A stretch of DNA of 63,823 bases, counting the filler, from Octopus bimaculoides (Eukaryota): assembly GCF_001194135.2 (NCBI RefSeq). It is 9 parts of 8 records of this genome, joined end to end, with 100 filler letters (N's around TTAATTAATTAA, not from the genome) between each part and the next. Parts side by side here need not be neighbours in the genome. Positions count along the whole stretch, not along the records: positions 27,031 to 51,094 come from NC_068994.1; 8 more parts are not named here. One strand, 5' to 3'. The translations under genes were made by a program, and so were the position numbers. Below the pieces are notes generated by a model. It was not told the origin of the DNA, ran no database searches, and saw nothing but the letters and a program-made list of their open reading frames with translations. Positions 38,574 through 51,194 of the stretch are shown here, piece after piece; the stretch's first letter is position 1, and the number at the start of each line of letters is the position of its first letter.

Positions 38574-38982
38574 CAGGGACATGCCACCTTGGTAGGCAAG
38601 GTAGGCAGTGCCTACCCTGAATAAAATAGATCGATAGTATCATTTTCCTTTTATGGCAAAATATGCACCTAATTCAATAAAATTATGAAGGTTACTCTGA
38701 TTACTATGAATAACAAGCAAAATATTTTATCTTTTAGTAGATTAGGTAGGCATAATTCACCCCTGCATTTCAATCTCAGTATTAAACCTACACATAGTAC
38801 TGCTTTAGTACACATGCTGCGTACATTCCTACAACAACGTTTTCTTTACATACTATAAAGGCAGAAGTAAATCTGCCTCCAACTCGGTTGCGAACCTGTG
38901 TTTCGCTTATTTTTTTTGTGTGTTTTACTACATAGACGTCACCAATTGCCTACCCTGAGTCATTACTGAGGGCACGTGCCTG
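38574..38982. mobile_element. hAT-family MITE with 8-bp TSD
   Basis: Ends CAGGGACATGCC ... GGCACGTGCCTG are imperfect TIRs. Flanks GTACACAT / GTAGACAT (7/8). Subterminal GTAGGCAAGGTAGGCAGTGCCTACCCTG motif partly reiterated near the right end. Confidence 0.75.
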
Positions 38983-39952
38983 GTAGACATATGTTTTTTT
39001 GTGTTAAATGTAGCATGTGTGTGTGCATTATTTGGTGCCTGTGTGTATATATATATAAATGTATTGTTTTGATATCCTATTAATTTCTGTACTGTATCCA
39101 TTGAAGATTGAAATGAAAAAAGATAGCTAGAAAGTGGAGGTAGATAAGTTGAGGGAAGAAAGTAAGAAAAATAATAACAATAATAATAATAATAATAATA
39201 ATAAACAAAGAAAACTTATAATTGTTCTTCAAATTCTGCTTGACATTTGACTCAACATGTTCATCTTTAAGGGGCCATTTCAAACTGACTAGATCTGGCC
39301 TCTCACACGTACCCTACAAAGTCATTCTAAAAATAAACAATGACATCATCGAAATCTCATATCTATGAGATAATGCAGGATTAATTCAAAGCAATGTTAA
39401 CAAACAAGGATTACATTTAACAGAGTAATCCGAATGCCAAAAGATTAAATACAACTGTCACACATTACATACAATGATTCATTAACCATTAAGCGAAATG
39501 ACTAATGACCTTTAACATAACAAAAAACTGAAGCACAGTCGATATGGACTGGAGAACAATTTGGTTTACAGGTCAAATAAAGGTTTTAGTTCACAAAAGG
39601 GGTGGATAAATAGGGCAGACCAGAGGGTCACTACTACTTGGATGCAAGCTGATTCTTGACTGACCCTGGGTGGGTCACTAAGCTAAGAGGGGTAGGTCCG
39701 ATGAGGAAAGACTTAACCCTACCCCAAGACCCCAGTAACCTAAACTTGGAACAAGTTAAGCATTATATTTCAAATAGGGACTGGCTTTTATGCTTATCTT
39801 TATCTATAGACATGAATGTCAGACAATGACCGAAAGAATGAATTTACAAATAAAAGTGACCGAAATAGGGTTACTCTGAAGGATTTCTGGAGTAACGTTA
39901 CTCAACAAGGTGCAAAGCACAAAGATCAGAGAGTCTCTCCAGGTCAAGCCAC

Positions 39953-40292
39953 TAAAAGACCCCCTTTTAGTCGTGAATGACTATGGGATTGCACCTAGAA
40001 AGTTACCCTCCAAGACACAAATCCGGACAAGATTGTTTATGGAAGACCAGCAGTCGCCCATGCGTACCAGCCTCCTCACTCCACGCCACCAATGTTACCC
40101 AAGGGAAAGGCAAAGGCCAATACAGCTTGGCACCAGTGATGTCGCAACTCATTTCTACAGCTGAGTGAACTGGAGCAACGTGAAATAAATGTCTTGCTCA
40201 AGAACAACACACAGCCAGGTCTGGGAATCAAACTCACGACCATATGATTGTAAGTCTGATGCCCTAACCACTGAGCCATGCACCTTCACACA
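39953..40292 (-). mobile_element. tRNA-derived SINE, family C, with 12-bp TSD; second copy at 31975-32313 (-)
   Basis: Minus strand GGCTCAGTGGTTAG..GAGTTTGATTCCC..TTCTTGAGCAAGACA..CACTCAGCTGTAGAAATGAG (CORE-like segment); TSD AGGTCAAGCCAC at 39941-52 and 40296-307. Confidence 0.85.
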
Positions 40293-42270
40293 CAGAGGTC
40301 AAGCCACCACTACTTCTCTACAATGAGAGGTCACAGCTCCAGTACTACAAACATGTGAAACAATCACAAGATGGGTTTTTGAAACTGGGCCAATTAGCAG
40401 GAAACCCAGAAGTAGACAGAGAATGAGAGGTGGGATAATATCCATAGTATCAGTTGGTCATACTTGGGATTCTGATAAGAATCTATGGAGGAGGGGACTA
40501 TCCTATGACCCTCCCAGGAATGGTGGGCAGCAAAAATAGATGGATGGGAATAGGAACCTGGTCTCAATTGGCTCAATGTCAAATTACGGTGGTAAGAGTA
40601 GATAGACTAGATTGATTGGCAGAGTTCAATACCTTGCTCTGAGATATTAGAACCACCAACAATACAAACAGAATAAAAAATACTAGGTTCTTCTTTGAGT
40701 CAAAATGTGACTCACTCCAGATCAGCCTTGATCAAGTCGACCACCAATTAGCAAAAATGTTTCAGCCATAGCCATTACCATCACTATCCTACATAGTAGA
40801 TTCTAGAACATTATTCCATGAAATAATAGGATAGATTAGCAAAGATGCTCCAACTATGACCATCCATATAGATTACATTAATCACTGAGACAACAGAGCA
40901 AATTTGGGAAAGATATGTAGCACAGCAAGTAATCCTAGAGATTTCTTTATTGCTTAAGAAGCTCTTGGCTGAAACACATAAATAAATAAATATAATTCGT
41001 GGGTTTTCAAATCCTTCTTCTGAAGTACCACAACTCATCAAAATATAGGGATGCTTTCCCACTTCTTAAGTTTCCAATTAACTTTAAACCAGTCATTAAA
41101 TATATTTGTTTCTTTCCAAAAGTATATACATCAATGCCTCCAACCCCTAAAGCCAGCTAGGAAGTACTTAACTTTTATACAACCCCATTTTTGCTACAAG
41201 CAAAATAACAGCCAATTTCAGATTACAGATTGCATCACCATAAACAGTTGCCTGACGAGTTCCTCAGTTTTATTAAAGGAAAGTAATTTTGTTGAGTTTA
41301 ACAAAGGCCAAGGACTCTACCCCTTCCTCCCAATTAAACTATATATCACTGGGTGTTTGAAAGAACAAGGTTTTCACATATATAAAGAACCCAATATTTA
41401 AGTGGAATTAAAAAGTTCACTTTGCAACCACGTGGTTTTGGGTTCTATGGCACTGTGACACCTTTCAGCAAGTGTCTTCTACTATAGCTTTATAGCTTTG
41501 GGTCAACCAGTGTTTTGTGAGGGAATCTGATAGACAGAAATTGTGTGGAAGCAAATCATAGGTGTATGCACATATGCATATATTTATTTCTTTATTGCCC
41601 ACAGGGAGCTAAACTTGAGAGAACAAACAAGGACAGACAAAGGGATTAAGTCGATTACATCAACCCCAGTACGTAACTGGTACTTATTTAATCAACCCTG
41701 AAAGGATGAAAGGCAAAGTCGACCTCGGCGGAATTTGAACTCAGAAAGTAATGGCAGACGAAATACCACTAAGCATTTCGCCCCGTGTGCAAACAATTCT
41801 ACCAGCTCACCGCCCATATGCGCATATGCATATATTACACACATACATATACGTGTGTGTGTGTGTGTGTGTCTTTGTTCCCACCACACTGTTTGACAAC
41901 TGGTGTTCATTTGCTTACATCACCATAACTTTGCAGTTCAGCAAAAGAGATTGATAGAATACCAGACTTAAAAAGAAAAAAAAAGCACAGGGGTGAATTT
42001 GTTCAACCAAAACCCATCAAGACAGGGCTCCAGTTTGGTCTCAGACCAATGACTGAAACTAGTAAAAGATAAAAGCGGATGGGGGAAGGGGTAGCTAGTC
42101 AATTATATTGACCCCCGCCAATGTTCAACTGGTGGTTATTTTATCAACCCCAAAGGGATGAAAGGCAGAGTCAACCCTGGTGGCATTTGAACTCAAAATG
42201 TAAAGTAGACAGAAATGCCGCTTAGCATTTTGCCCGGCGTGCTAATGATTCTGCCAGCTCGCCGTCTCAC

Positions 42271-42305
<35 letters not shown>

Positions 42306-43722
42306 GGTTTTTGGAACGCAAAAATTAAAGATTTTTCTAGATACCAAAAAAAAACACACACACACACACACACACACAAAACAAAAAATAGTTCAAAACA
42401 AAATAAAATAAAACAAAACAAAATTACAAAACTGTCAAAATTTTAATTTAAAAACAAATAAAGCAAAACATACAAATTTAAAAAGAAATAAAAATAAACA
42501 AGCTTTGGGTTTTTTTCCTTTCATACACACAAATACACACATATATACGTACATTAATATTGTGATANNNNNNNNNNNNNNNNNNNNNNNNNNNNNNNNN
42601 NNNNNNNNNNNNNNNNNNNNNNNNNNNNNNNNNNNNNNNNNNNNNNNNNNNNNNNNNNNNNNNNNNNNNNNNNNNNNNNNNNNNNNNNNNNNNNNNNNNN
42701 NNNNNNNNNNNNNNNNNNNNNNNNNNNNNNNNNNNNNNNNNNNNNNNNNNNNNNNNNNNNNNNNNNNNNNNNNNNNNNNNNNNNNNNNNNNNNNNNNNNN
42801 NNNNNNNNNNNNNNNNNNNNNNNNNNNNNNNNNNNNNNNNNNNNNNNNNNNNNNNNNNNNNNNNNNNNNNNNNNNNNNNNNNNNNNNNNNNNNNNNNNNN
42901 NNNNNNNNNNNNNNNNNNNNNNNNNNNNNNNNNNNNNNNNNNNNNNNNNNNNNNNNNNNNNNNNNNNNNNNNNNNNNNNNNNNNNNNNNNNNNNNNNNNN
43001 NNNNNNNNNNNNNNNNNNNNNNNNNNNNNNNNNNNNNNNNNNNNNNNNTAATTCAATAATTGCCATCATTACCATCATCATCATCATGATAATCATTATC
43101 ATCACCATATTTATCTTCCCCCACCGCCGTTCTTTATATAATTGACTAAGAGAGACAACTTAGCAAAGTGAGTGGTTTGGCGTTGATTATTGTTGGCTTG
43201 GACAAAGAGGATCTACAAGAAAGAAAAGAAAAAGAACTAGACCATCCCGTTTTACATTGGCTGATAAGATATCTAAAAGACAGCTGACAGGTTCTACAAT
43301 AATCCCAGGCTAACCAAGGACTTGTGAGTGAATTTGGTAAACTGAAACTGGTATTTAATTTATCAACCTTGAAAGGATGAAAGGCGAAGTCAACCTTGGT
43401 GGAATTTGAACTCAGAACGTAATGATGGCCGAAATACCACTAAGCATTTCATTAAGCAGGCTAACAATTCTACTAGTTTACCACTTTAATAATAATAATA
43501 ATAATAATAATAATGGTTTCAAATTTTGCCACATGGGCAGCCATCTTAGGGAAGAGGGTAAGTCGATTGCACTGACCCCCAGTGTTTCACTGGTACTTCT
43601 TTTATTGACCCTGAAAGCATGAAAGTGTAAATCAACCTTGGCAGAATTTGAACTCAGAACAGAGATGGACGAAATACCACTTAGCATTTTGTCCAACGTG
43701 CTGAGTCTGCCAGCTTGTCATC

Positions 43723-43766
<44 letters not shown>

Positions 43767-43836
43767 TTCTAACATCAGCCCAAAACTTGAAGTAATAATT
43801 TTAAGAAATCATGTGTGTCAGACTTCATAACAGGGG

Positions 43837-43879
<43 letters not shown>

Positions 43880-44018
43880 TCATCATCATCGTCGTTTAAC
43901 GTCCGCTTTCCATGCTAGCATGGATTGGACGATTTGACTGAGGACTGGTGAAACAGGATGGCTACACCAGGCTCCAATCTGATTTGGCAGAGTTTCTACA
44001 GCTGGATGCCCTTCCTAA

Positions 44019-44020
<2 letters not shown>
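43880..44020 (-). mobile_element. SINE/LINE 3' tail ending in (GAT)n, RTE-like; related pieces at 37675-37900(-), 37255-37340 and 810-950
   Basis: Minus strand GGGCATCCAGCTGTAGAAA...GCATGGAAAGCGGACGTTAAACGACGATGATGATG. Confidence 0.6.
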
Positions 44021-44057
<37 letters not shown>

Positions 44058-44143
44058 CAAAACAACCTCAATTACTAATACCAATATATCTTTTCTGCTG
44101 TTGTTACTGTGTTGGGGGCTGATTTTATATTGTTCTGTTGGGT

Positions 44144-44187
<44 letters not shown>

Positions 44188-44597
44188 TATATATATTGTC
44201 TTTTCAAATTCTATTATTATTATCCTCATAACAGAGTTTCTCATATTGGCACAAGATCTAAAAAATAGGATGGGGAAAAAAATGGACTAAGTCAATCCAA
44301 TCAACCCAGTACCTATTTTATATACTTTAGCAACTCCCCCTTACACACACAAACACACATATACAACCTCTCCCTGCCCAAGGGTTAAATTGATAAATTT
44401 CGATTGTGGCAGGATTTGAACTTAAAACAAAGAGAGAAGAAACAAAGCCAAGTATGGCAAGGCATTTCAGTCCAACATACTTCTAGTTCGATCACCTTTC
44501 TATCTTAATTACAGACTAACAATGACAAGGTTACACATATTTGTAGAGAAAAATTAGTGACCACTGTACAAGACTGTCTTTCATCTTTCCAGGATCA

Positions 44598-44817
44598 CTA
44601 ACCTTTTTGTATCACATTTCTGTTGAAACATACAACTTTTGCTTCAATTAATTTCGAAAAAAATGGAGAATTTAGTAAAATAACTCATTTTTAAACTGGT
44701 ATTTGGAACCTAAATTAACATTGAAATTTTGATGGAAGGTTTTAATATAAATCACTTTAAAACAGTAACTTTTTGACATAGAACCAGAGATGGTCTCAGA
44801 CCCTCTATAGGTTAATT
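44598..44817. mobile_element. Second probable TTAA-type MITE
   Basis: Starts TAACCTTTT and ends ATAGGTTAA; AT-rich body with no coding potential. Confidence 0.4.
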
Positions 44818-45559
44818 AGCATATTAGAGCTTGCCTGTCTATGCATGTGAAGACGGAATCCAGTGGACTCTACAATAGAAACCTTCATGATTCAACAGAG
44901 TGGAACGTAGCAGCAGCAATGCACTATGATGTGCAGAGAGCAAGAGGAGGCAAGTAAGACATCTTGGTCAGCCACTGCATGTCTCCATCTCCAGCCATCT
45001 TGACCTAGTCTTACCACAGGACAGTCACAGTGAGGGTGACAGTATACAAATCTTCTTCACTTTAAACAAAGTCCTTAAAGATGACTAGCAGGTCCTTGTC
45101 ACTCCAACAGACAAACACGGGTTAAAATTTTCACTGGAGTTTTTTTCTCCCTCATCCCTATACTCATCTTTTATCTCTCCTACCTCTACTAAAATATATT
45201 TTATATATAACGTTAACCACTAACGTGGACATTTAATGTGCTAGCTTCCTGGTAATAAATCGATATTAATTAATATATGATTTTTTACCCTATGTTTTAA
45301 TTCTACTAAAATATAAGTAGTTCAGAATGTTTGGGGGTTTTTCTCTTTCAACAAATTCTAAGTTTCTTGTGCCTATATTTCCCTCCTTAATTAAATTCAT
45401 ATCCAACCTGATTCTCATTTATATCTTTCTTATTAGTGTTGTTCATATCTTCATCTCCATTTTAAAATTTCTTTTCTGTTCAGGTTTCTTTGAGGTTTGC
45501 TTATTTCATAAACGGTAAAAAAACAAAAAGAATTGCTTCTCTTTCTTGTTTTGCTGTTA

Positions 45560-46226
45560 CAGACTGTCCTCATTTAACGACCACTCAGAGTTACGACGAA
45601 CTTTATGAGCCGTCATTACATATTTTACAAAATAGAATTTGAGGCGATGGATCCAAATTTTGAGCGATTTTCCAAGGTGGAAAGGCAGACAACTGAACTT
45701 TTCCGATGTTATCGAGAAATTTATGAGGAAAAAAAAAAGAAGATAACAAAGCAAACAACACTGACGGGATTTTTCATGCATTTTGATGTCAAGAATGAGT
45801 TGCTTTTGTAATCTTTATCCAAAGTAAAACAAAGTTATTATGTTTGAGTTTCCTTTAAACCTTTTCACCTTTTCTATATAATCCTGAGAAAAGTTTATTA
45901 GGCATCTTATGTACTGGGCCTGGAATCACAAACATACTTACGATGTCTGAGCTACAATAATACAGTATCCATATCCTAACTTTTAAGGTTTTCCTTGTGA
46001 TAATCTTACTGTTACTTATTCATTTTTCAACGACTTATGTTAGTGATTCTTGGCCCTGTACTGCATATACTTTATACAGTACGGTATTCTGTTTTTATAT
46101 GTACGTACAGTACACTATACCTATGAAAAGAAAAAATACGTAGCCTATGAATATTCGTCTAACGACGAATTTGCTTAACGACGGGGCTGTTGGAACGTAA
46201 CTCGGTCGTTAAATGAGGACAGTCTG
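45560..46226 (+). mobile_element. Tigger/pogo-like non-autonomous element (667 bp) with perfect TIRs and TA TSD
   Basis: TA|CAGACTGTCCTCATTTAACGACC ... GGTCGTTAAATGAGGACAGTCTG|TA. Internal FEAMDPNFERFSKVER..CYREIYEEKKKKITKQTTLTGFF resembles a Tigger transposase C-terminus. Confidence 0.9.
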
Positions 46227-47840
46227 TATTTTGTAACAGAAAGAAAGAGCAATTATGAGTTTGCCTAACACACACACATTTTACCTCCCTCCAACTAAGA
46301 CTACTAAGCCATCTTCTTTATCATCTCCAGCTTCTAAATTAATTATGGCCTGCACACAACCAGATACATACTCACACATATAAGTATGTGTGTATATATA
46401 TGTATTTAAAATGAAATTGAAACTTCATTAATACAAACTACTCACTGATGGAATTTTGTAACACACATACACACACATAAAATACTGTTGCTACATATAA
46501 AACACTTACATAGATTTTAGTTTAGAATTTTTTTCTTTTTTTTTTTTCCTGCTTTTAACACTTATATGCAAATTATGTGTAGACAATACATACAAAACTT
46601 TCAAATATAGATTATTTATACAGATTTACTAAAACATACATACACATTAACACACACACACACACACACTATACGCAAACATGCAAAATTCAATATTTTC
46701 ACACACACAAAAAAAAAAAAACACCAAATGCTTTTAACTCTAATTTTGTTTCCTTTCAGACAGTCAAAAATTATGCTGGTGTTGTTTTTGCTATTGTTAA
46801 ATGAAGCACTGTGATGACGATGATGATGATGACGACGATGATGGTGGTGGTGATGATGATGATAATGATGATGACAATGATGGTGATGATGAAGATGATG
46901 TTTGTTTTTTTTTAATAATTAAAATCATTTTTGATTGTAATAACTGGAATGACAAAATTCCNNNNNNNNNNNNNNNNNNNNNNNNNNNNNNNNNNNNNNN
47001 NNNNNNNNNNNNNNNNNNNNNNNNNNNNNNNNNNNNNNNNNNNNNNNNNNNNNNNNNNNNNNNNNNNNNNNNNNNNNNNNNNNNNNNNNNNNNNNNNNNN
47101 NNNNNNNNNNNNNNNNNNNNNNNNNNNNNNNNNNNNNNNNNNNNNNNNNNNNNNNNNNNNNNNNNNNNNNNNNNNNNNNNNNNNNNNNNNNNNNNNNNNN
47201 NNNNNNNNNNNNNNNNNNNNNNNNNNNNNNNNNNNNNNNNNNNNNNNNNNNNNNNNNNNNNNNNNNNNNNNNNNNNNNNNNNNNNNNNNNNNNNNNNNNN
47301 NNNNNNNNNNNNNNNNNNNNNNNNNNNNNNNNNNNNNNNNNNNNNNNNNNNNNNNNNNNNNNNNNNNNNNNNNNNNNNNNNNNNNNNNNNNNNNNNNNNN
47401 NNNNNNNNNNNNNNNNNNNNNNNNNNNNNNNNNNNNNNNNNNNNNNNNNNNNNNNNNNNNNNNNNNNNNNNNNNNNNNNNNNNNNNNNNNNNNNNNNNNN
47501 NNNNNNNNNNNNNNNNNNNNNNNNNNNNNNNNNNNNNNNNNNNNNNNNNNNNNNNNNNNNNNNNNNNNNNNNNNNNNNNNNNNNNNNNNNNNNNNNNNNN
47601 NNNNNNNNNNNNNNNNNNNNNNNNNNNNNNNNNNNNNNNNNNNNNNNNNNNNNNNNNNNNNNNNNNNNNNNNNNNNNNNNNNNNNNNNNNNNNNNNNNNN
47701 NNNNNNNNNNNNNNNNNNNNNNNNNNNNNNNNNNNNNNNNNNNNNNNNNNNNNNNNNNNNNNNNNNNNNNNNNNNNNNNNNNNNNNNNNNNNNNNNNNNN
47801 NNNNNNNNNNNNNNNNNNNNNNNNNNNNNNNNNNNNNNNN

Positions 47841-48170
47841 TTGCTATGGCAGCAGCAGCAGAGCACTGTTGCTATGGTAGCTGCAGAGCTTTGTTGCTAT
47901 GGCAGCTGCAGAGCATTGTTGCTATGGCAGCAGCAGCAGAGCACTGTTGCTATGGTAGCTGCAGAGCTTTGTTGCTATGGCAGCTGCAGAGCATTATTGC
48001 TATGGCAGCTGCAGAGCATTGTTGCTATGGCAGCAGCAGCAGAGCACTGTCGCTATGGCAGCTGCAGAGCTTTGTTGCTATGGCAGCATCAGAGCACTGT
48101 TGCTATGGCAGCAGCGGAGTATTGTTGCTATGGTAGCAGTAAAGCATTGTTACATTGTTACTGGGGTAGT
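47841..48170. repeat. Minisatellite with 25/28-bp units and a 78-bp higher-order repeat; runs into an 880-N gap
   Basis: Units TTGCTATGGCAGCAGCAGCAGAGCACTG (28), TTGCTATGGTAGCTGCAGAGCTTTG (25) and TTGCTATGGCAGCTGCAGAGCATTG (25) in the order A-B-C-A-B-C. Confidence 0.9.
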
Positions 48171-48706
48171 GGTTGTTGTAGCAATGGCATAGTGTTGCAG
48201 CTACTGTTGTGGCTATGGTTGTGGTGGTGCAGTATTATTACAGACATTGCGCTTGTAGTACCGTACACCGCTATGGGTTGCACTCCCAGCATTGCAGTGT
48301 TACTGATATTACAACTATGCACTATCATTACTGCATTGCTGCACTCCTGGTGCTACAATGCAGTGCTCCTAGTGTTGCATTTCAGTACTCCTGACGTTGC
48401 ATTGCTGCACTCCTCATGATGCAATACTGTCTTGGATTGCTTTTATTATATTAAATTATTGTAATACTGTGATATAACATTGTGTGGCCATGTGGTAGGA
48501 AGTTTGCTCCCCAACCACATAGTTTTGGGTTCAGTCCTACTGCACGGCACCTCAGACAAGTTTCTTCTATTATAGCTCCAAGCTGACCAAAGCCTTGTGA
48601 ATGGATTTGGTAGAGAGAAGCTGAAAGAAACCTGTCATATATATATGCATATAAATATATGTATGTATACTTGTGTAGTTGTGTGTGTGTGTGTGTGCAT
48701 GTTTAG

Positions 48707-48751
<45 letters not shown>

Positions 48752-49537
48752 TGTGTGTGCATGTGTAGTTTTCTGTGTGTATTACTGTTTCCTTGCCTTG
48801 TCAATGTGTGATAACTGTTAGCATGTGTTACCATCACACAAGCATGTCCTTTGTTTCCAATCTTCCGAGATATCTCGTCATTGCGATATATTACCTTATT
48901 TGGAAACACAGGAGGACTGGTGAGAGAAAGGGTGTCCCAGCCATAGAAAACCCATCAAAGCAAATTCCATCCTACCCATATCAGCAAGGTAAAATAGACG
49001 TTAACAAAAACAATGAACAATGGTCTTCTCAAAGCTGCAGTTGCTAATAATCTTGTTATTGCTGTTAGGGATGATCTTGTATTATTGTTGTTTAATTCTA
49101 GGTCAGCCTTTTAATCCAGCAGACCTTAGATCAGAAGTAATCCAGCTGTGATCCTTACGTTCTTTTTTTTTTTTTTTTTTNNNNNNNNNNTTTTTTTTTT
49201 TTTTTTGTCCCCCACCTTCAAACACAATGTAATCCAAAACAACATTATCCAATCTATCCTGCCATTTTTCCAAAGATGACAAGCTGTGAAATGAGGGGGG
49301 ATTCGGCTACTGTTTATAGCAGGTCATACAACCACATACAGACTCCTTAATTAGCTCTGTTGCTGTTGATGTCGATCTGGTGTTGTTGTGTGTAGCTGTG
49401 ACGAAACTGACCTTGACACCTGGGTAATTAATAGATAAACTGACTAGGTACAACTCACTGTTCCAGTGCTGCCGATATACCATGTGAGATAATGCTTGCC
49501 TGAGGACCCACACTGCACACTTTAACACACAAAAGTT

Positions 49538-49655
49538 CCATTGTATGCAGAACAAAGTGCATTCTGCATCTTCTCCATTGTATGCAGAACAAAGTGCATT
49601 CTGCATCTTCTCCATTGTATGCAGAACAAAGTGCATTCTGCATCTTCTCCATTGT
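49538..49655. repeat. Perfect 37-bp tandem repeat x3.2, each unit with an 8-bp hairpin
   Basis: CCATTGTATGCAGAACAAAGTGCATTCTGCATCTTCT starts at 49538, 49575 and 49612; internal ATGCAGAA/TTCTGCAT. Confidence 0.95.
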
Positions 49656-49754
49656 CCAGTCTATGCCCATATGTCTTTGAGGTTAGCCACAGCAAAAGCA
49701 AGCAAATTCAACTGAACTCATTTAAAATTTAATGACTGGCTGCTACTTTTACAC

Positions 49755-49760
49755 TTTATT
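49755..49760 (-). promoter_or_regulatory. Candidate polyadenylation signal (AATAAA) about 0.9 kb downstream of the l(3)mbt-like stop
   Basis: TTTATT on the + strand, positioned in the putative 3' UTR; no transcript evidence. Confidence 0.3.
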
Positions 49761-50652
49761 ACAGGTGGTATGAGGTATGCGGTATGCATCCCACCCTAGT
49801 GTTTAGCAGGTGTAGCTAATGAGGGTATCAGTGCCATGCTGCTGTTTTGTCTGTTCTGTAGATGTTGGGTCTTTGTCTTGGTTGAGTGCTAAGGAGGGAA
49901 TGATGTTCTCAGGATGGTTGTCGTAACAGAATTCAGAGGAAGAGAAAAAAAAAAAAAAAGAGAGAGAAAGAGAGATTAAATGATGACTGTCTTGATGTTT
50001 TGAACATGTAGAGGCAGTGATGATCGATGCAAGATTGGGGCTTACTGCAGTAACAAAAACAAACAAACAAACAAGCTGTGTCCCTCACATGTCCAGGTAA
50101 GTTTTGCATTTTCAGCATTTGGTTCAGTGGATTACAGTGTGCGGTCTGCATACCGTCTATGATATGCTATGAAGTGATTTGTCTTCAATTCTTTGCGGTC
50201 TGTTGTGGAGAAATCTGACAGGGGGGGTTGGGATGTTTTATAGAGATTGGGCATTAACGATGTTACCGTTGTGGCTTTGGCGGTAGTGTGGCTGCTGTAA
50301 GGGTTTCACTATCGGATTATTATCGTGGATGATCTTACAATTGGTATTATTACATCATTATTGCAGTTTACAGGACTTATGTAAGCATGGGCAGGGCAAC
50401 AGGTATGATAGTAACAAGAGAGGGAGAGTGTGTACATGTGAGAGAGAGAGAGAAAGGGCGTGCATGTGTGCCTGTGGGTGAGAAAGCATGACCATGTATG
50501 CTTCTGTGTGTGTGTGTGTGTTGTAATGAGTGTGTCTGAGTATGTAATGGGCAAGAGAGGGTAACGATTGCGTGGGATGAGGTAACGGAATGCTTATGAA
50601 GAAGTCAGGTGGTGCCTGAAAGGTGTAGTGTGGTGTTGTGTGGTGTGAAAGT

Positions 50653-50784
50653 TCAATCGACATCAGCAGTACTTTTAAACATCAGGATGCTGTTGAAGAT
50701 CTTCAGTGCCGGTCCCAGTTTGCAGTTTAAGATCTTCACAATGTCAGTCTGGTTAAGCATGAGAAAGGCTTCACCATCAATGTG
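50653..50784 (-). CDS. l(3)mbt: Terminal coding exon of an l(3)mbt/L3MBTL-like Polycomb-group protein (C-terminal half of SAM domain); upstream exons not in this scaffold piece
   Basis: Translates HIDGEAFLMLNQTDIVKILNCKLGPALKIFNSILMFKSTADVD*. This matches the L3MBTL1/3/4-type SAM C-terminus as recalled (xIDGEAFLLxTQxDIVKIMxxKLGPALKIxNSILMFK), rather than the EIDGQALLLL form of Ph/Scm/SFMBT. A strong polypyrimidine tract and CAG acceptor precede it (minus strand ...ttcctctccttccag|CAC ATT GAT), phase 0; TGA at 50653-50655. Confidence 0.88.
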   Translation of the reverse strand, partial: HIDGEAFLMLNQTDIVKILNCKLGPALKIFNSILMFKSTADVD

Positions 50785-50980
50785 CTGGAAGGAGAGGAAA
50801 AAGAAAAAAGAAAAGAATGAGAGGTTCAGTGAGGAAAATGAGATGGAAAGAGATATAGAGGGATGGGGAAATGAGAAAAGGAGTGAAATAAAGATAGACA
50901 GAATAAGCAAAGAGGGAGAGTGGGAGAGAGAGAGAAGCAAAAGGAGGGTTAAAAAAGAGATGAAGAAAGCAACAAAGAGG

Positions 50981-51014
<34 letters not shown>

Positions 51015-51031
51015 TAACACAGAAGTGGGAA

Positions 51032-51094
<63 letters not shown>

Positions 51095-51194
51095 NNNNNN
51101 NNNNNNNNNNNNNNNNNNNNNNNNNNNNNNNNNNNNNNTTAATTAATTAANNNNNNNNNNNNNNNNNNNNNNNNNNNNNNNNNNNNNNNNNNNN

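Noticed and set aside
49538-49655. 37-bp palindromic repeat resembling a CRISPR repeat
   Set aside because: The units are directly adjacent with no spacers, there are no cas genes, and the context is eukaryotic.
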